Below are positions 13,301-27,176 of a stretch of DNA of 64,000 bases, piece after piece. The DNA is from Oculina patagonica (taxonomy: Eukaryota). The notes beneath the pieces are model-generated. The model saw nothing but the letters and a program-made list of their open reading frames with translations, had not been told where the DNA came from and did not search any database. Made by a program: the position numbers and the translations under genes. Within the stretch, counting starts at the first letter, position 1; every line of letters starts with the position of its first letter. The stretch is taken from positions 14,384,001 through 14,448,000 of the forward strand of contig NC_135760.1 of the NCBI RefSeq assembly GCF_052425735.1. The letters are read 5' to 3'.

Positions 13301-16300
13301 TTGTGGGAAGAGGGATGGCAGAATGGTAAAAAAAAAGTGGATACTTGAAATCCGAGATTCAAACATTGCTGGAAACAGAGAAAATTTGGTATTGTGACAA
13401 GATAGAGGCATCATGAAACGGAACAGAAGATTGCTCTTTACCTTCAGAATTTTATGATATTGAAAGGTGATGTATGACTGCTTCTTGTTTGCCACAGGTT
13501 CTTCATTACAGTAGCATCAAAATCAATCCCCGCAAAGATGGACAGACTTTCTATCTTCCTTACGAAGACTTGCCGCACATGATTAATCCCATTGAAGCAA
13601 AACTTGGTATGTGAATAAAATGTATATAAGATCCTGGTCATAGTTACTGTGTTGTGCTCTTAGGCAGGACACTTCCAGTCTCCCTAAGCAGGATCCACAT
13701 ATGAAAAATTTATAAAATGCTGCTGGGTAACCAGAGATGGACTTTCATCTGGTATCTGTAGAAGCTGGGGCGTAGGGCTGGTTGCTTGGACGCAAGTGAA
13801 TCATAAACAGACTTTGCTGGTATTTGACTGGATTAGAGCACAAACTTTAAGCAGTAGCAAGCAGCAAAGCTGTAATCTGGGAGTTTTGTGGCTGCATTTG
13901 CATGAAGTGTGCGCAGATCTTAGATGGCTTTTGCAGCTAATTTTGTATTCTCTCAGTTCTTTTGAGAGACAAATAGAGGCTGCTAATGGTGCTGACACAT
14001 GAAGAGACAAGTAACAGTGACATGTCACAGAAAAATGTAACGGGGTCAAAAACACAACATGTACATGGTACACACAGTAGAAAATAAATGTAGCGGTGAC
14101 ATATCCTTGAAAAGCATCAGCACACAAGGGAATATGTCAATTCAACTTTTCCTCACTACACATCGTGCTGTGATTTTGTCCCTGCTACATGTCTCTGCAT
14201 GTCCCTTTAACACGTCCATTCGTGTTTAAGGACCTTAATAGTCTACTCCTTCGCCAGTTGAGTTTTTGCAGCAGTGGGAAAGAACATTTCATAGTTTTGA
14301 CGAACTGTTTTTTCCTTCCAGGTTCTCATATTTCCTTGTATCCAAGTCTGAACTTTGTTGTTTATGTCCCTTCTCAGACGCAAACGCCTCTTTACATGAA
14401 AAATAAAGACGGTAAGACCTAACTTATCAATTAGTTTTTTTTAAAAATACGTAATGAAGACTGATAGTTTGGTGGCCTGTGGGTTGGTAGCAGGAGCACA
14501 GGATAGGCAGTCTATTGAGAATCTTTCTCCCTTTTCATTCCATTCCTTCATGAAATTACTGACAATTACATGACGTTTAAATCTTGTGCAAATTTTTCCT
14601 GCAGGTGAGCTGAGCAGTAGCAATGCATTTTTGAGTCCTCAGTGGGGCGGAATCATGATCTACAATGTACAGAAGACTGCACCAGCGAACAGCACCAAGC
14701 CACAGCAGATAGCTGTGGATATGAAGCCCGTCATGAGTGTGTTCCTCTCACAACTCAAGCTGTTGTTAGGCTTGATGCCCGTGGTAAGAACTCAAGCAAT
14801 GTAAAATACAATGCGACCACTGTAAGATTAGCGGTTGGGCAACATCACTGCGAACACAGGCGTATTTCGGTGGAGACAAGCGACAGCCGGAAATACGTCT
14901 GTGTTCGCAGGCTACAACAACATTAACAACGGCAAAAAGAAAGACACCACGTAAGAAGGTTTAACGAGCAGAACAATAGCTCAGCACGAGCGTCATAAAC
15001 TTGCTAATTTTCTTAGCCGCCTTCTGCAAAACAACAACGTGAAACATGACGGCTATTTTTTAGTATTTCTATTCGGAATCAAATAGTCATGTAAAGCAAA
15101 AACAATCAAAACAAGTTTCGTAAATAATATAAATTTGTTTTATACTAGGCGTTGCCGTGACCATCGCTCAAGCTCCCTGATACTGTATGACTACTGTAGT
15201 GCTAGCTAAGGCACAGGCAGACCACCCTATGTGTTCGTGGTTAATATTGTTGGTGACATGAGGCGAACAAAAAAATTAAAATCTATAAGGGCTACTGAAA
15301 TAACTGGAAATAAAGCTTTAGAAATTAAATATCTAAACTACATTTCGCTCTAAATATCTCAATAAAGTTTAATGAAACGTTTATCCGGCTAAATCAGTTA
15401 TAAAGGCGCTTAAAACGGCCTGCGCAGGAGAAGAAATACAACACAAGAGTCGATAAACGTTTCATTAAACTTTATTGAGATATTTAGAGCGAAATGTAGT
15501 TTAGATATTTAATTTCTAGAGCTTTATTTCAGTAGTCCTTATAGATTTCAAAATTTGTTTTGTTCGTCTCATGTCACCAACAATAAGTAACCACGAACAC
15601 ATAGGGTGGTCTGCCTGTGGCTAAGATTTCCTTAATGTTAATTGATTGTTCTTTTTTATTGCAACTGTCCATTTTTTTCTAGAAACCCTTGAATGGTATT
15701 GAAATGAGGCTCGCTGGCGATGTTGGAGTGACAAAATGGGTAACTTAAATTTGTTTCATAATGTTAATTTTTTAGTTACTATAAAAGTAGTTTTGGGGAA
15801 AAAGTTCAACAAGAAGTTATTTTGTTGCTTCGACAAATTGGTAAATGAAGAAAACTGTTTTTGCTTCCCATTAATGTTTAAAGATACAGTTTAAGCTGGG
15901 AAATTGTTTGGATCACAGAATGAAGGAAAACACGAAAAAGCAGAAATGAGTCCTTTGGCTTGGAGATATATCAAGATGTTTGATCACGAAATAAGTTTGT
16001 TTGATTCTGCATGAGCAATAGATGAGCACGGATAAACTGTTTTAAATCTAATTTGTGTTGTTAACTACAGGAACAAGAGTCGCTGATGAGACTGAAAACA
16101 ATGGAGTACCTGGCGACTTCTACCATCACGCTGACTTCACTCGCTCAACTTCTGGGAAAAATCAGCAACATGGTGATTAATGATCATATTCAACAGCAAG
16201 TGGAGCAGGCACTTGAAGCAATTCATCAGGTATTGTGCAGTAGATCAAATTTCTTAATTTTGACAGGCTGGAGTGTACTGGCGCTACACTACGAAGTAGA

Positions 16301-16912
16301 GCGATTTTTAGAACGAGGAGAATTGGAGCGAGTAATGATTCGAAATGGAGGGGAATGTCCCTGTTCACCACGACTATCGCCACAAGACACCATTCACTGG
16401 CTATTCGTAGTTTCCCACCACCGGAGACGGTGGTGTCAAGAATTTCCTGCCAAAACACGCGCTGCCATGTGGTCCCCGAAAAGTAGTTTGTCCAGATTGT
16501 ATAAGCCAGGACATCTTTCTTGACTGAGTGACTAATATAAAACTATTAACACAAACTCGTGTTGTTTTGTAAGTCTACAACAGCTCTTCAAGATGGAAAC
16601 TTTACTGCAGCTGTCCTCACAGCTAAGAAAGCTATCAGATCATCAGGTTAGTAAACTTTTTTTAAGCTTCTGTTATTGTTTCTCTATTGGTACAACAGTT
16701 TAATGAAAGACGATACTTTTCTTATTGTAGACAAACTTACTTTGTTTACGGGGCTATATTATGAAGCTGATTCCAGATCACTATGTCGCCATTTATTTGT
16801 GTGTTTAGGTGACTGCTATGCAGGCTAAGTTTTAGGCTAGATAAATGAGAATTCCGTTAAAACTTTAGCCACTTACGTTTAAATACAGCGTTATAGCTTC
16901 CGTGCCTGCGCG

Positions 16913-16986
<74 letters not shown>

Positions 16987-18527
16987 TGATATTTAAACAG
17001 GGTGACCCCTTCAGTCGCAGGACTGGTATTAACGGGGGCCCTGTATAAATAAAATAAATTAAAAAAAGAGAATATTTATAAAATATATATATCTATAAAA
17101 ACTTACTACTTTAAAAAGATACCGCTTAAATGCTAAAAAAGTTAAAAAGTTTAAAAAGTGCTAGAGTTGTCATAAAAAAAATTGAATTACGAATTAAAAA
17201 TGTTCTAAAAACAACCTAAGAATAAAAAGCAGAGATAGCATGGAAACGTTCCTTTGGCTGCATAGTCTTAATGTTCTTATTATGAGGCAAGTTTTATTGA
17301 GGATTGCAAGCGCCACCAGCAATGTCCTTTCATTTCTTGGAGATCTGTTCCATTGCTTTGTTGATCATGTTTTTTTTGTTTCATGTTTCAGAGGAGGCAT
17401 TTTTTGACCCATCAATACTGGAGCTTTTGTACTTTCCAGACGACCAAAAGTAAGCATGGTGTTATTTTATCGTGTCTAATATTATATTGCTACCTATCAG
17501 TCGTAACATCCAAGGAAAATCTTTAGAATCTCGGCCATGGTTCGTAGTTTGGCGAGACTCGTGGATCCACAATGCCCATGACGAGACCAAACGAGCCTGA
17601 TATGCCGTCAAAGCGTACCAGAAAGGCGTAATTAGGTATTTACCGGATACTTTTTGAAGATCAGGACAGTAGACAAAACTTCTAATTGGCCGTTTTCACA
17701 CTACAGAGACGGACAAATCGTCTAGACGTACAAACCGTCTGAGACGGACAAAAAACGGACACGATTTTGGACGTACAAGTCGTCTGAATTTGTCCGTCCA
17801 TTTGGCCGTCTAGAAAGACGAATTTTCGAGGACGACTTGGTCGTCTAGACAGACAAGTCGTCTAAACGCCGTCTTAAATTTACACTAGACAAACAAACCT
17901 TCAGACGACTTTTCCGTCTAGAAGATTTGTCCGTCTCCTAGTGTGAAAACGGCCAATGACTAATTCCGAGGCTGGTTCGGTGTTTGGTAAAAGCAAGAAT
18001 TTATATACCTAAGTTGTGGGTTTGGGGGGGGGGGGGGGGGAGTGGGGGGTGGGGGCGCGTGGACATGGAGTCTTTACTTCACTTTTCCTGTACCCTTTTC
18101 TCCTAGTTCCCACCCCTCCCTTAATGGTTCCCACCGCCTTGTGCTATTTTAATTGCAAAAAAAATACGTAAATTTGAGAATTTTTTCCTCCATTTTCCCG
18201 ATTCCCGCCACCTTGGGAATCCCGCTTCCCGCCCTGTCTTCTCCCGCGTCCAGTGCCCCCCCCGCTACCTATTCTCCTGGGCTACGGGCCCCTGATCCCC
18301 TCCAATGAGTTGTAATGGCCGGCAAACAACCTGCGAAAAACGCATAGCATCAGCGGTGTCTAATAATATATTTCGTTTGTCCTTCATTTTCTAGGTACGC
18401 CATATATATTCCTTTGTTTCTACCGATCAGCTTGCCAGTTCTGTTGTCTTTGAGGCAAGCTATAAGGTGGTACAGAGGAAAAGATAACGCTGACAAAAAG
18501 GACGAACAGAAGGATAAACACAACTAA
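7335..18527 (+). CDS. PIGS: GPI transamidase component PIG-S, 17 exons (7335-7362, 8300-8448, 8799-8895, 9219-9320, 9968-10120, 10669-10778, 12606-12645, 12904-12984, 13088-13146, 13498-13606, 14322-14411, 14605-14783, 15683-15739, 16071-16229, 16574-16646, 17392-17449, 18395-18527)
   Basis: PIG-S signatures [87 protein letters not shown]; splice phases are consistent. Confidence 0.93.
8003..8178. mobile_element. Tc1/mariner-type MITE (TA target, CAGT...ACTG)
   Basis: ta|cagtcaactc ... gagttgactg|ta; same termini as 39775-40370. Confidence 0.65.
8621..8683. repeat. (GAT/AAT)n microsatellite in PIGS intron 2
   Basis: Direct trinucleotide repeat. Confidence 0.85.
10866..12322. mobile_element. 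Non-autonomous piggyBac-type element in PIGS intron 6
   Basis: ttaa|cccgttgcctacca ... tggtaggcaagggg|ttaa (TTAA TSD, CCC...GGG termini, 14-bp TIR with 1 mismatch); two subterminal palindromes ggacgtatata(ta)tacgtcc at ~10881 and ~10925; no intact transposase. Confidence 0.8.
11361..11968. repeat. ~610-bp near-perfect palindrome (arms ~290 bp, short loop near 11657)
   Basis: gacaaggctgtacactgatttccggagtg ... cactccggaaatcagtgtgcagccttgtc; mirror-image ORFs on both strands in the ORF track confirm the symmetry. Confidence 0.93.
15212..15619. mobile_element. Fold-back MITE with ~170-bp inverted arms (CACAGG...CCTGTG termini)
   Basis: cacaggcagaccaccctatgtgttcgtggtt ... aaccacgaacacatagggtggtctgcctgtg; superfamily not assignable, TSD unclear. 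Confidence 0.75.
16914..17045 (-). repeat. (AAT)n microsatellite plus adjacent GC stem-loop, probably the 3' end of an L2/CR1-type LINE on the minus strand
   Basis: Minus strand reads cagggcccccgtt...ggggtcaccctgtttaaatatcaa followed by (TTA)n. The microsatellite is certain; the LINE assignment is inferred. Confidence 0.55.
17688..17954. mobile_element. PIF/Harbinger-like MITE with internal tandem motif repeats
   Basis: ggccgttttcacacta ... tagtgtgaaaacggcc TIRs; repeated gacggacaa/cgtctaga motifs. Confidence 0.7.
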
Positions 18528-19882
18528 AACAAGCTTCGAGAATATGGTGGTGCGGTGTGCCGCGCCAAGAACGATTGCTGTATCATCGGTTTCATGGAAT
18601 GTAAAAGAACAAAATAAGGAAACTTGAAGCATGACACGCTTTGGAGGTGGACACAGGGATAGTATAAAATCAAGAAATGTTTGAATGCGCTATGCACGAT
18701 GCACAAGTCCCAGTAATGGCAGGCAATCGGCAAATATGACCGCACACCGAGGACACATGCCTGTGTGTGACGATATAAGAAACATAAAACGTGAAAAACA
18801 TTCTAAGAAAGAACCAAGGAAGTAAAGGAGTATGATAGCCCCTGATATTCAGAGCGTTCAAGGACTTTCTAAAGTTGTCAGTTGCCTCACTTTAACTTTT
18901 ACCGGGCGAAGTAAATGTATGCCGCTCTTTAATCTTGCCCGTTCAACCAGGATCCTAGATTATGGAAAATATAGATGGCCATACGTCAAACTCGTCAAAA
19001 TATAGTAACCAACACTTTGTAGTACGACAATTTTTAGTAACAAAATAAAAAATTCCCACTTTCAGTATTAGTAACGTGAATAAAGTGGAGACATCGTTTT
19101 TATCCTCGTAGCATCAAGAACAGAAGAAACGCGCTCACCGATATGTTGAAACACGATTCATTGGAACCAGTTATTCCGCTACATCATTCCGTCACTGCCC
19201 TGTTTACTCTTATACCCCTCAGTTCTGTGCCACCCATCCCAAGAAGTTGCCTTTCGCCTCAGTTTGAAAGCGAGGCTCGGTGCAAAACCTTCCGTATGAC
19301 AAGTTTTGACCAGGAGCTGTATTTTAACTTTGACATGGCTGCAGATTTGGAAAGCTTCTACCTAACCTCGTTTAGAAACAGAGGCAAAGGTATGGTTGGT
19401 TTTGGCTAGTTGATGGTCATCACGGGCGATGGGGTGAACAAGAAAAACAGGTTAATTAAGACGAGTTTCATTACTTGAGCTCCCTGCGATTTTCGACCCT
19501 CACGGGAAGTTTTCCACTGTGTCTTTAGTTTACCGGTAGAGACACCGGCCAAGAGGACAAGACTGATTTTGATCAAAGTGTAGACAGCCATTTCCAAAAG
19601 TTAAATTTTTAATATTCTATTGAATCTATTTCTATTGAGTGAATTCCTACAATTGAATTGTTTACATCAGAGTTTTAAACCAGTTAAAAGTATACAACAT
19701 TCTAGTAAATATGTAGCCTGCTTGCAGGCTAGTAAATATGAGTCACAGTGTACAAATGGACATAACTCATGGTGTATGCGTCGGGTATGTGCTTTTAAAG
19801 CAAATCACATAAAGTTAAAACGTAATGACTAATCATGCCATCACATCAATCACTTTACTCTTATCTCGTTTAATACTCTCAG

Positions 19883-22800
19883 CTACTTCAGACTGGCCCT
19901 ATAAAGAAGAAAGAATAAAGTATCGGTGAAAGGAGTCTGAAAAAGTACAATTTGAGCTGCAAAATGGAAAAGAATGAGGTCCATTCCCAGGCCTACTCTG
20001 GGACCCAAAATCGCCTAAAGTCGCCCAAAGTCGCTTTAAGTATAGATATTTTCTGTAACAGTGCTTTATGGTGTACAATGATGATTCCCATGTACATGTA
20101 TACTACAACTGTACTTAGGTCGGTCACCTAAAATTGCCTATTAAAGTCGCTCAAAATCGCCTAAAGTCGCCCAAAATCGCCCGTAATTTTGGACAAAATA
20201 AGCTAAAATCGCCTTAACCCTTAACATGCTAAGCGCGGATTCCGGGATTTGGAGGAATGGCCATTCTGCCACTTATGACGTCACCAATTTACACGTCAGC
20301 AGATTTTTGTGATTTGCATCTTATAGAGCTAGGATAGATCTTTCCACAGGACTATCCATCTTCAATATTGACTGCATTCCGACAGAGTTAATCGAAAAAA
20401 ACACGATCAGTTTTTGGTGTAAAATTGGTGCTAAAACAGGCCAAAATACCCGTACTTGATCATGATCTCCTTTCCAGGGTTTTCCATTGATTCAGATCAA
20501 AACTTTTCAGGCCAGTAGAAGAAGTGCACAGAGTAAAAGATAGAGAGAATAAGAAAGCAGAGAAAAACGAAAAGGAAAGGAGCAAGGAAAAAAATCGGAA
20601 AGGTTCAGCCAAAAAAAAAAAAACAAAAAAAAAACAAACCAAATTTTGGCTTATGCGCATGCGCCAAAGTAAAATATTGTACATTTTTCCATGGAAATTT
20701 CATCAAAATCTTCCTGCATTGTCAGAAAGTGCATTTTTAGCGAATTTAGAGAACTTTTGGACCGTAGGGCCAAGAAAATCGATTAACGGTTATAAAAAAC
20801 GCGTTTTTAGGAATAATTCCAACATATTTAAGGGTTAAGTCGCCCAAAGTTACGGCGACTTTGGGTCCCTTAAGACAGGGATAAACGTTAATTTGAGTGA
20901 CATTTTAAGAGATTTAAAAAGGGATTAAAAAAAATGGAACACCATCAGACAGTCGACCATCACGCAAGAGCACCCCAGGCTGTCAAGGGACTGTTTTAGC
21001 GTTCATCTACTAATTTTTTTTACTTCAAATTTCTAGTTTTAAATCACACTAAATCTTTAATTTTTCCTTCTCTCAATTTTACTAATCCTTTGTGAAAAAC
21101 TATTTCCTCCTAAACATGCCCAAAAAATTTCAAAACACTTTAAAACAGGTTCGTGTAATGATCAGAGAGTCTTTGGATTGCTTGAAATGCGAACGAGATA
21201 TTCGCATTAAACCCAAGTTAAACAGTGGATAAACGTCCTTCAGGTGTACTCCCGCCTTTAAGGCAGCCAGATGACTTTTGGTTAGTGGCCCGTACAATAT
21301 TTGATCACTTTATAGAGCGGTTTTCACTTGAGTGTCGAAAGTAAATTGCGTTTGCTTTGGTTTTGCATTACTACGCTTAGTGATTGGCTTAAAATTCTCG
21401 CGCCACTTTCTCAGCCAATCAGAACTAAAACCAAAACCAATCGTGACTCGCTCGCGCACGTTTTCCCGCGCTTCGTGTCGGCTACATGTATTTGCTTCGA
21501 GTTTTGATTGGTTCACTGGATTGTCTGTGGCCTTTATGATTGGCCAGAGTAATTACTATGGTTTTGGATTTACGACACTCAATTGAAAACTGCTCTATTG
21601 TGGAACTGACGTTAAGTTAACTTACCTTATCTCAGATGCAGAGCGCATCTTTCCCTCAAACATTTCATTAGCTGCTTTAGCCGTTGCATTACCAGGTCCC
21701 ATGGACGCTACAGCCAGAACTTTGTCACCTCTGGAAACAAAAAATGCAATGCTATTAAACAAATTAATTATGTTAAAAATGTTGTTGCTTAATTTTATCA
21801 TCGTGAAGATTTTTTTCGCCCAAACAGGCAAACATCGATACCAATCATGTGACATTTCCGGTACTTTTTAACGGGTCACGTGCCATTGAGTGGATTTCTG
21901 ATTGGTTGTCATATTTTACGAAATTGTGACGGGTTCTGTGATGATTTTTTTTGTCTTTCACGATTACAAAAGACATTCCAATGCGTCTCTTTAAAAGAAA
22001 TGAAAAGACGAAGTTGGACTTACTTGACAAAGTAAGCTGTGAATTTCTGTTCATCCACGTTACCGTCAATGATAACGTCATCAAATGAATGGGCGTGACC
22101 TAAGGGCATATATCACTGTTAAAAGACCTCATGTGATGCATACAATAATCAACTCTTGGTTACATAACACACATGCACTGGTTGAATGGCTAGGAGTTTT
22201 GCAGAAGCTAAGAAAACTAGTTATGAAGTCAGGTTTTATATACTCGTCTCAAATTTAATAAGGAGAATAGAACCCAACGGTGGATGCAGAGACTTGCAGT
22301 GAATATTTGGAAGTGGGATAAGTTAAATAATAATTAGGAGCAAATTAGAAAGTCGGGTAAGGTAACACTATGGTATTGTTCATTATCGTGTTTGCATCAA
22401 GCTAACCCGCACATGCGCGCTTTCTATTCCAATTTATTGGGTTGAGGATAGCCCTAAATGACACTCTCTTTCCTGAGGGGAGGGGAGGGGGGAGGACAAG
22501 GAACCTAGGATGATGAGGAGAAGACGAAGAAAACAGTGCTGACCATTTCTTGAGAAAAGTTACAAGGATTCTAAAATAATTTGACTTTACGCTAGAGCAA
22601 ATGCTGAAGACCGTATTGAGCTATTTAACAATATACTTTCCGACACAGTACATGAAGTACATTCTCGCCACAGCAATACAGCGTGACACTTAAGCCCGAG
22701 AAAAGGAATCACGTAAAGGCTACACTGGTCACATGCTTGAAACTATCAATTTCAAAACCGAAGAATCAAGTTCAAGTGGACGGAAACAATCAAAAGAATG

Positions 22801-25800
22801 GCGAAGGCTTACCACAATATCTGATACTCTTGCCATACTGTGAAGTCCAAAAGAACGGAATTGTATTGATCTCTTCGTTTCTTCCAAGCATGTTACGCGC
22901 GGCTGTCAGTCCTGCAAATTAGAATGGTAACAGATGTTCATTGTATATGGAATTAAGAACCTGTTGTAACATCAGTATGTGAGCGTGCAGGACAGGTTAT
23001 TGGATCCAAACGAATTTCTACACCTAAATTAATTCTCTTTACAGATCTTTGAAGACGGTTGGCGAAAAAGGAGGGGTGCAGGGAGAGCTGGGAGCCATCT
23101 TGTTTGCCTAGTTCGCTTACGCTGCAGTTCATTCGTTTTCTTCATAAGCTGAAAGCAAGGGTTTGGTCTCCGTTTGAAGAAAATAAGTCAAACAAAAGGG
23201 AACAGAGAAAATGGGTCACCAAAGCAACCTTGCTTTCATTGCTGTCTGTTCGCTAGTTTTTTCATGTACATTATGAAACGTACCATGTTTGTGTGAGATC
23301 TGCCAGTGACCAATTGAAACCCGGTCCCAGTTCAACATCTTGAGAGGAAAGTGAGCGATATCTCCGGAAGCAAACACTCCATCACACGCCTTCATGTGCT
23401 ACAGGATAAAACAAAGAAATGCTCAGCTCCGTGACGTGCTTGTCCGTGACTTGCCATCACGCAAGCCAGTGACGGTCACGCTATGCACAATGGCAAACCT
23501 ACATTTCCTTAATAACAAAAGTACGCTCAAGTGAGCAGCAAATCATACTCCTACCTTGTCAACAATCACATCTCCACGGCTGGATAGCGGTACGCCACTG
23601 CTTTTTAAGAAATCAGTGGATGGTATTACGCCTAAGTAAGATGCAGATAACAGGATACACTTTTCATTAGTCACAGCCTTTTTTTGTATTCAACTGAGAG
23701 GTACGACCAGTAGCTCCGTCAGTGTCTTATAGTGTCATGTAGAGCACCCTTGCGGTTCACTCTCCTTATAATGTCAACCTCATTTTAAAACAGCCCTTAC
23801 CTACTCCTTGGACACAAATATCAGCGGGAATCTCCGTTCCATTGTCAAAACACACTGCAGTTAACTACAAAGACAGAAGGAAGGACACTAATGAGCCAGC
23901 ACCTTTTAAGCTTCACGGCTTTGAGACAAAAACGCCAAAACAACAAAATTACCCTAGCCCTCGTATTTCCTTCAATTGTGTAGGTGGGAAATGAATCGTG
24001 AGACAACTGCGCAACAGACAAGAACGGAAGGCGTGACGCCCGCCCCCGCCCCCACCCCCTCGTGCTCCGCACTCGCACTCTGCTTCTCTTGCGTTCTTTT
24101 AGGTTAAAAACACAGAGGCTGTGAACAGTCTATTTTGGCACTTTCTCAAGTCGTTTTCAACTGTCATCTCTTCTTGAAAGTGCAGGAAATCTGAGAACAG
24201 CTTGAGGACAAGGAAGGCGAAAGAATGCTTCACACAGAGCAAAATCGTACTTTTCCATTCTCTCCTTTGAAGCCAGTCACTCCAGCGTCAGTTATGAACT
24301 TGACTCCTTTACTTTCATGAACCTGAAAAAAGGAGAAGCTGTCCTATTAATTCCAATAATAATAGCTGGTTGCTCTTTGACTAGCTTAATAGATCATTTA
24401 AATCAACAGGGCTTTCACCAAAATAAATAGCATGTCTCTTTCTTTACGTGCATTTCTTCTCTTGCTCAAGAGATGTCTAAATTTGACCCAAAAATTTCCA
24501 CACAAATGAAGAAGCTCTGCTATCAGTGATCCATGTAAGATCTCAGGTACTTGCCTTTGTTGGTTACAAATTTTTCTCACGAAAACTTTACAGATCTCTG
24601 TAAAACTTAGACTACTTTTGAGTAGTCCTTTTCCCTTCTTCTCTTCTATGGTGTGAGAAGAAAACAAAGCAGGGGAATCAAGAGGAACAACCACGTGACT
24701 GGGAAAGGCATTAGTCGCTGGGTTTTCCTCTGTTAATGTAAATTATGAAAGTTAACATCAGAAACTTTTGTTTAAAAGCATGTCTGCTAGTCAGTGAAGC
24801 TCAGAGTTTGACGACTCTAACTTACATTACCTTTTTCAGCATGGAGCCAATTTTTTCTCCAAGCACATTTGCAAAAGGAATGCTGCTTCTTCCAACACAT
24901 GTCACAGAAGACGCTTTGTCAGAAAAGTTGGATGCCAGTTCCATACCTAAGAGAACAGGAAATTGCACCAATTTCTCAAAACTGAGATGAGTAAAGCAGC
25001 GAGTAAAGATCAGTATGAGACTTGAAGTGAAGTGTTATGCCATACAGGTGTGCACAGAGAACATATTAGAAGAGAATTTACTACTTACCAATAAATGATG
25101 TTCCTATGATCACCACATTCTTTTCAGGAACAAGGGAAACTGCAGAGGGTGCAAAAGTGCACGAGTAATTGCTTAATTTTTTTTAATTATATAACAAAAA
25201 AAAATGAAATTAAATGACATCCTGTATACTATATGTATCTGGTTGGCAGCTGGTGAACATGAGGCTTACTTAAAACATTTTTATTATTTTATAATTATAA
25301 TCACATAACATGTTTTAGTAGAGAATGTGAGTTTGGAAACACTTGAAAATTATAATAATTCATGATTGCAGGCTACTTTGGCCTGAGCACAGAGTCCCCT
25401 TTTACTTTTGATTTCCATGAAGGTGACTCTACATATTGTTAATGTTTCAATGTAGCAGATAATACACATACTAATCTGGTTGGCATCATCTGGGCTTCTC
25501 AATAGGAAAATGTTCTCTAGATCACTTCCAGGCAGGTTTAACTTTCTTGGTCTGAAGGTAATTAAAAGCAGCAAAATATTACTATCAATTAATTTTTCAT
25601 TCATACAACTAAAATGAATGGACAGATCGATGGACAGACATAAAAATGGATGTATGGACAGACAGAGACGACGCGCAGACAGGCAGGCAGGCAGACAGAC
25701 TAGATAGATTGACAGAAAGACTGACAGACAGACAGAATGATACAGACATCAGAAGCTGTCATGAAATACAGACAGGCTGAAAGGCAAGTAGTTGGATGGA

Positions 25801-27139
25801 AAGACAGATGGACAGATGGATGGATAGATCAATACATGGAAAGATAGAACTATACAAATGAATATATATGTGCAGAAAAAGATATTGAGGTTTGTGAACA
25901 AACACATAACAACTCACTTTCCCCCAGTGGCAATCAAAACATTATCATAGTTCAAAACAGTGCCATTACTTAAAGTAACAGTCTTCTTGTTGTTATCCAA
26001 TGCTGTAGCCTACAATGATAAAAAAAAAAAATCAGTAAAAATTGTGTCTAATATCGCTTCAATTAAAAGCCAACAGAAATAAGTCCAGTCTCAAAAGGGT
26101 GGATAATGGCAATACATGGAAGTTAAGGGGTACTGCTGACTCCCAATAGCTAAACAAGGTTTGGACAACCTCAGAACAGGTGGAGGTTGGAGGGGGTGGG
26201 GTGGGGGGTTGTTGCCTTAGTAACGACTAATGGTTGACCTTCCGATGCAGGGGGAGAAGCAATACTGCTAGTTGCTCTGGCAGTATGGGCCACTTTAGAC
26301 CAGAGGTGCAGACTTACCAATATGTCACTCTTTCAAATTCTTACCAACAGGACAGGACATGCAATGTGTGCAAAGAGACAGATAATAATGATAAAGCAGG
26401 AGTCAGACTATGCCAATATCCATTTACAAGTCATAGGTACAGCTAATCTACAATGAAAGGTTTTTGACTTACCTCAGCTTCATTTATAAATTCAATGTCA
26501 TGCTCCTTGAGATATTCCAGTGAACGAAGCTTTATTCCATCAGCAGTGGCAGCCAATTTCTACAATAAAGGAAAACTATCACAATCCCACATACACAACA
26601 CACACTTCTACACTGACACAATATGAGTAAGGTACAATAATAACAACCTTTGATCAGCATGCAACCAGTCTAAAATACCGCTATCAACATAAACACTCTT
26701 TGCAAACTTGACACTAACCTTACTCAGTATTGGTCTATCGTAAGGAACATGAGCTTCTTTTGAGACCATGATAACACGACCTGTACAAAGCATCAAGTCA
26801 GACTATCATACAGGGGTGCACATTCTTTGAAAAATTGTAATAAATGTGAATTGTAAAATTCATTAACTATTCATGAGGGTGCAAACCAATCCCAGCACAG
26901 TATTCAGATCACATGTACACAACTATAAACCCCAATACAAATCAAACAAGAGAATTAACTTTTGATACAAACTCCTGCTCAGCTAATTAGTATTCATTAA
27001 CTTTTGATACAGATCTCTACTGATTCACATAACAATACTTTGCATTCAATTTATTGTTTTCATTTCACAAGTAGAATAAAATATTCGCGTTTCCGAGAGA
27101 GTTGGACAATGGCTCGCCTAACGGCTCGCCATTGTAAAT

Positions 27140-27176
<37 letters not shown>

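Noticed and set aside
17700-17930. CRISPR-like repeat-spacer appearance (also 20020-20210 and 50230-50790)
   Set aside because: Short degenerate subterminal motifs inside MITEs in a eukaryote; no constant repeat with unique spacers and no cas genes
19883-19897. AIFM3 C-terminus ...ASLK as a peroxisomal signal
   Set aside because: SLK does not fit the PTS1 consensus (S/A/C)(K/R/H)(L/M)
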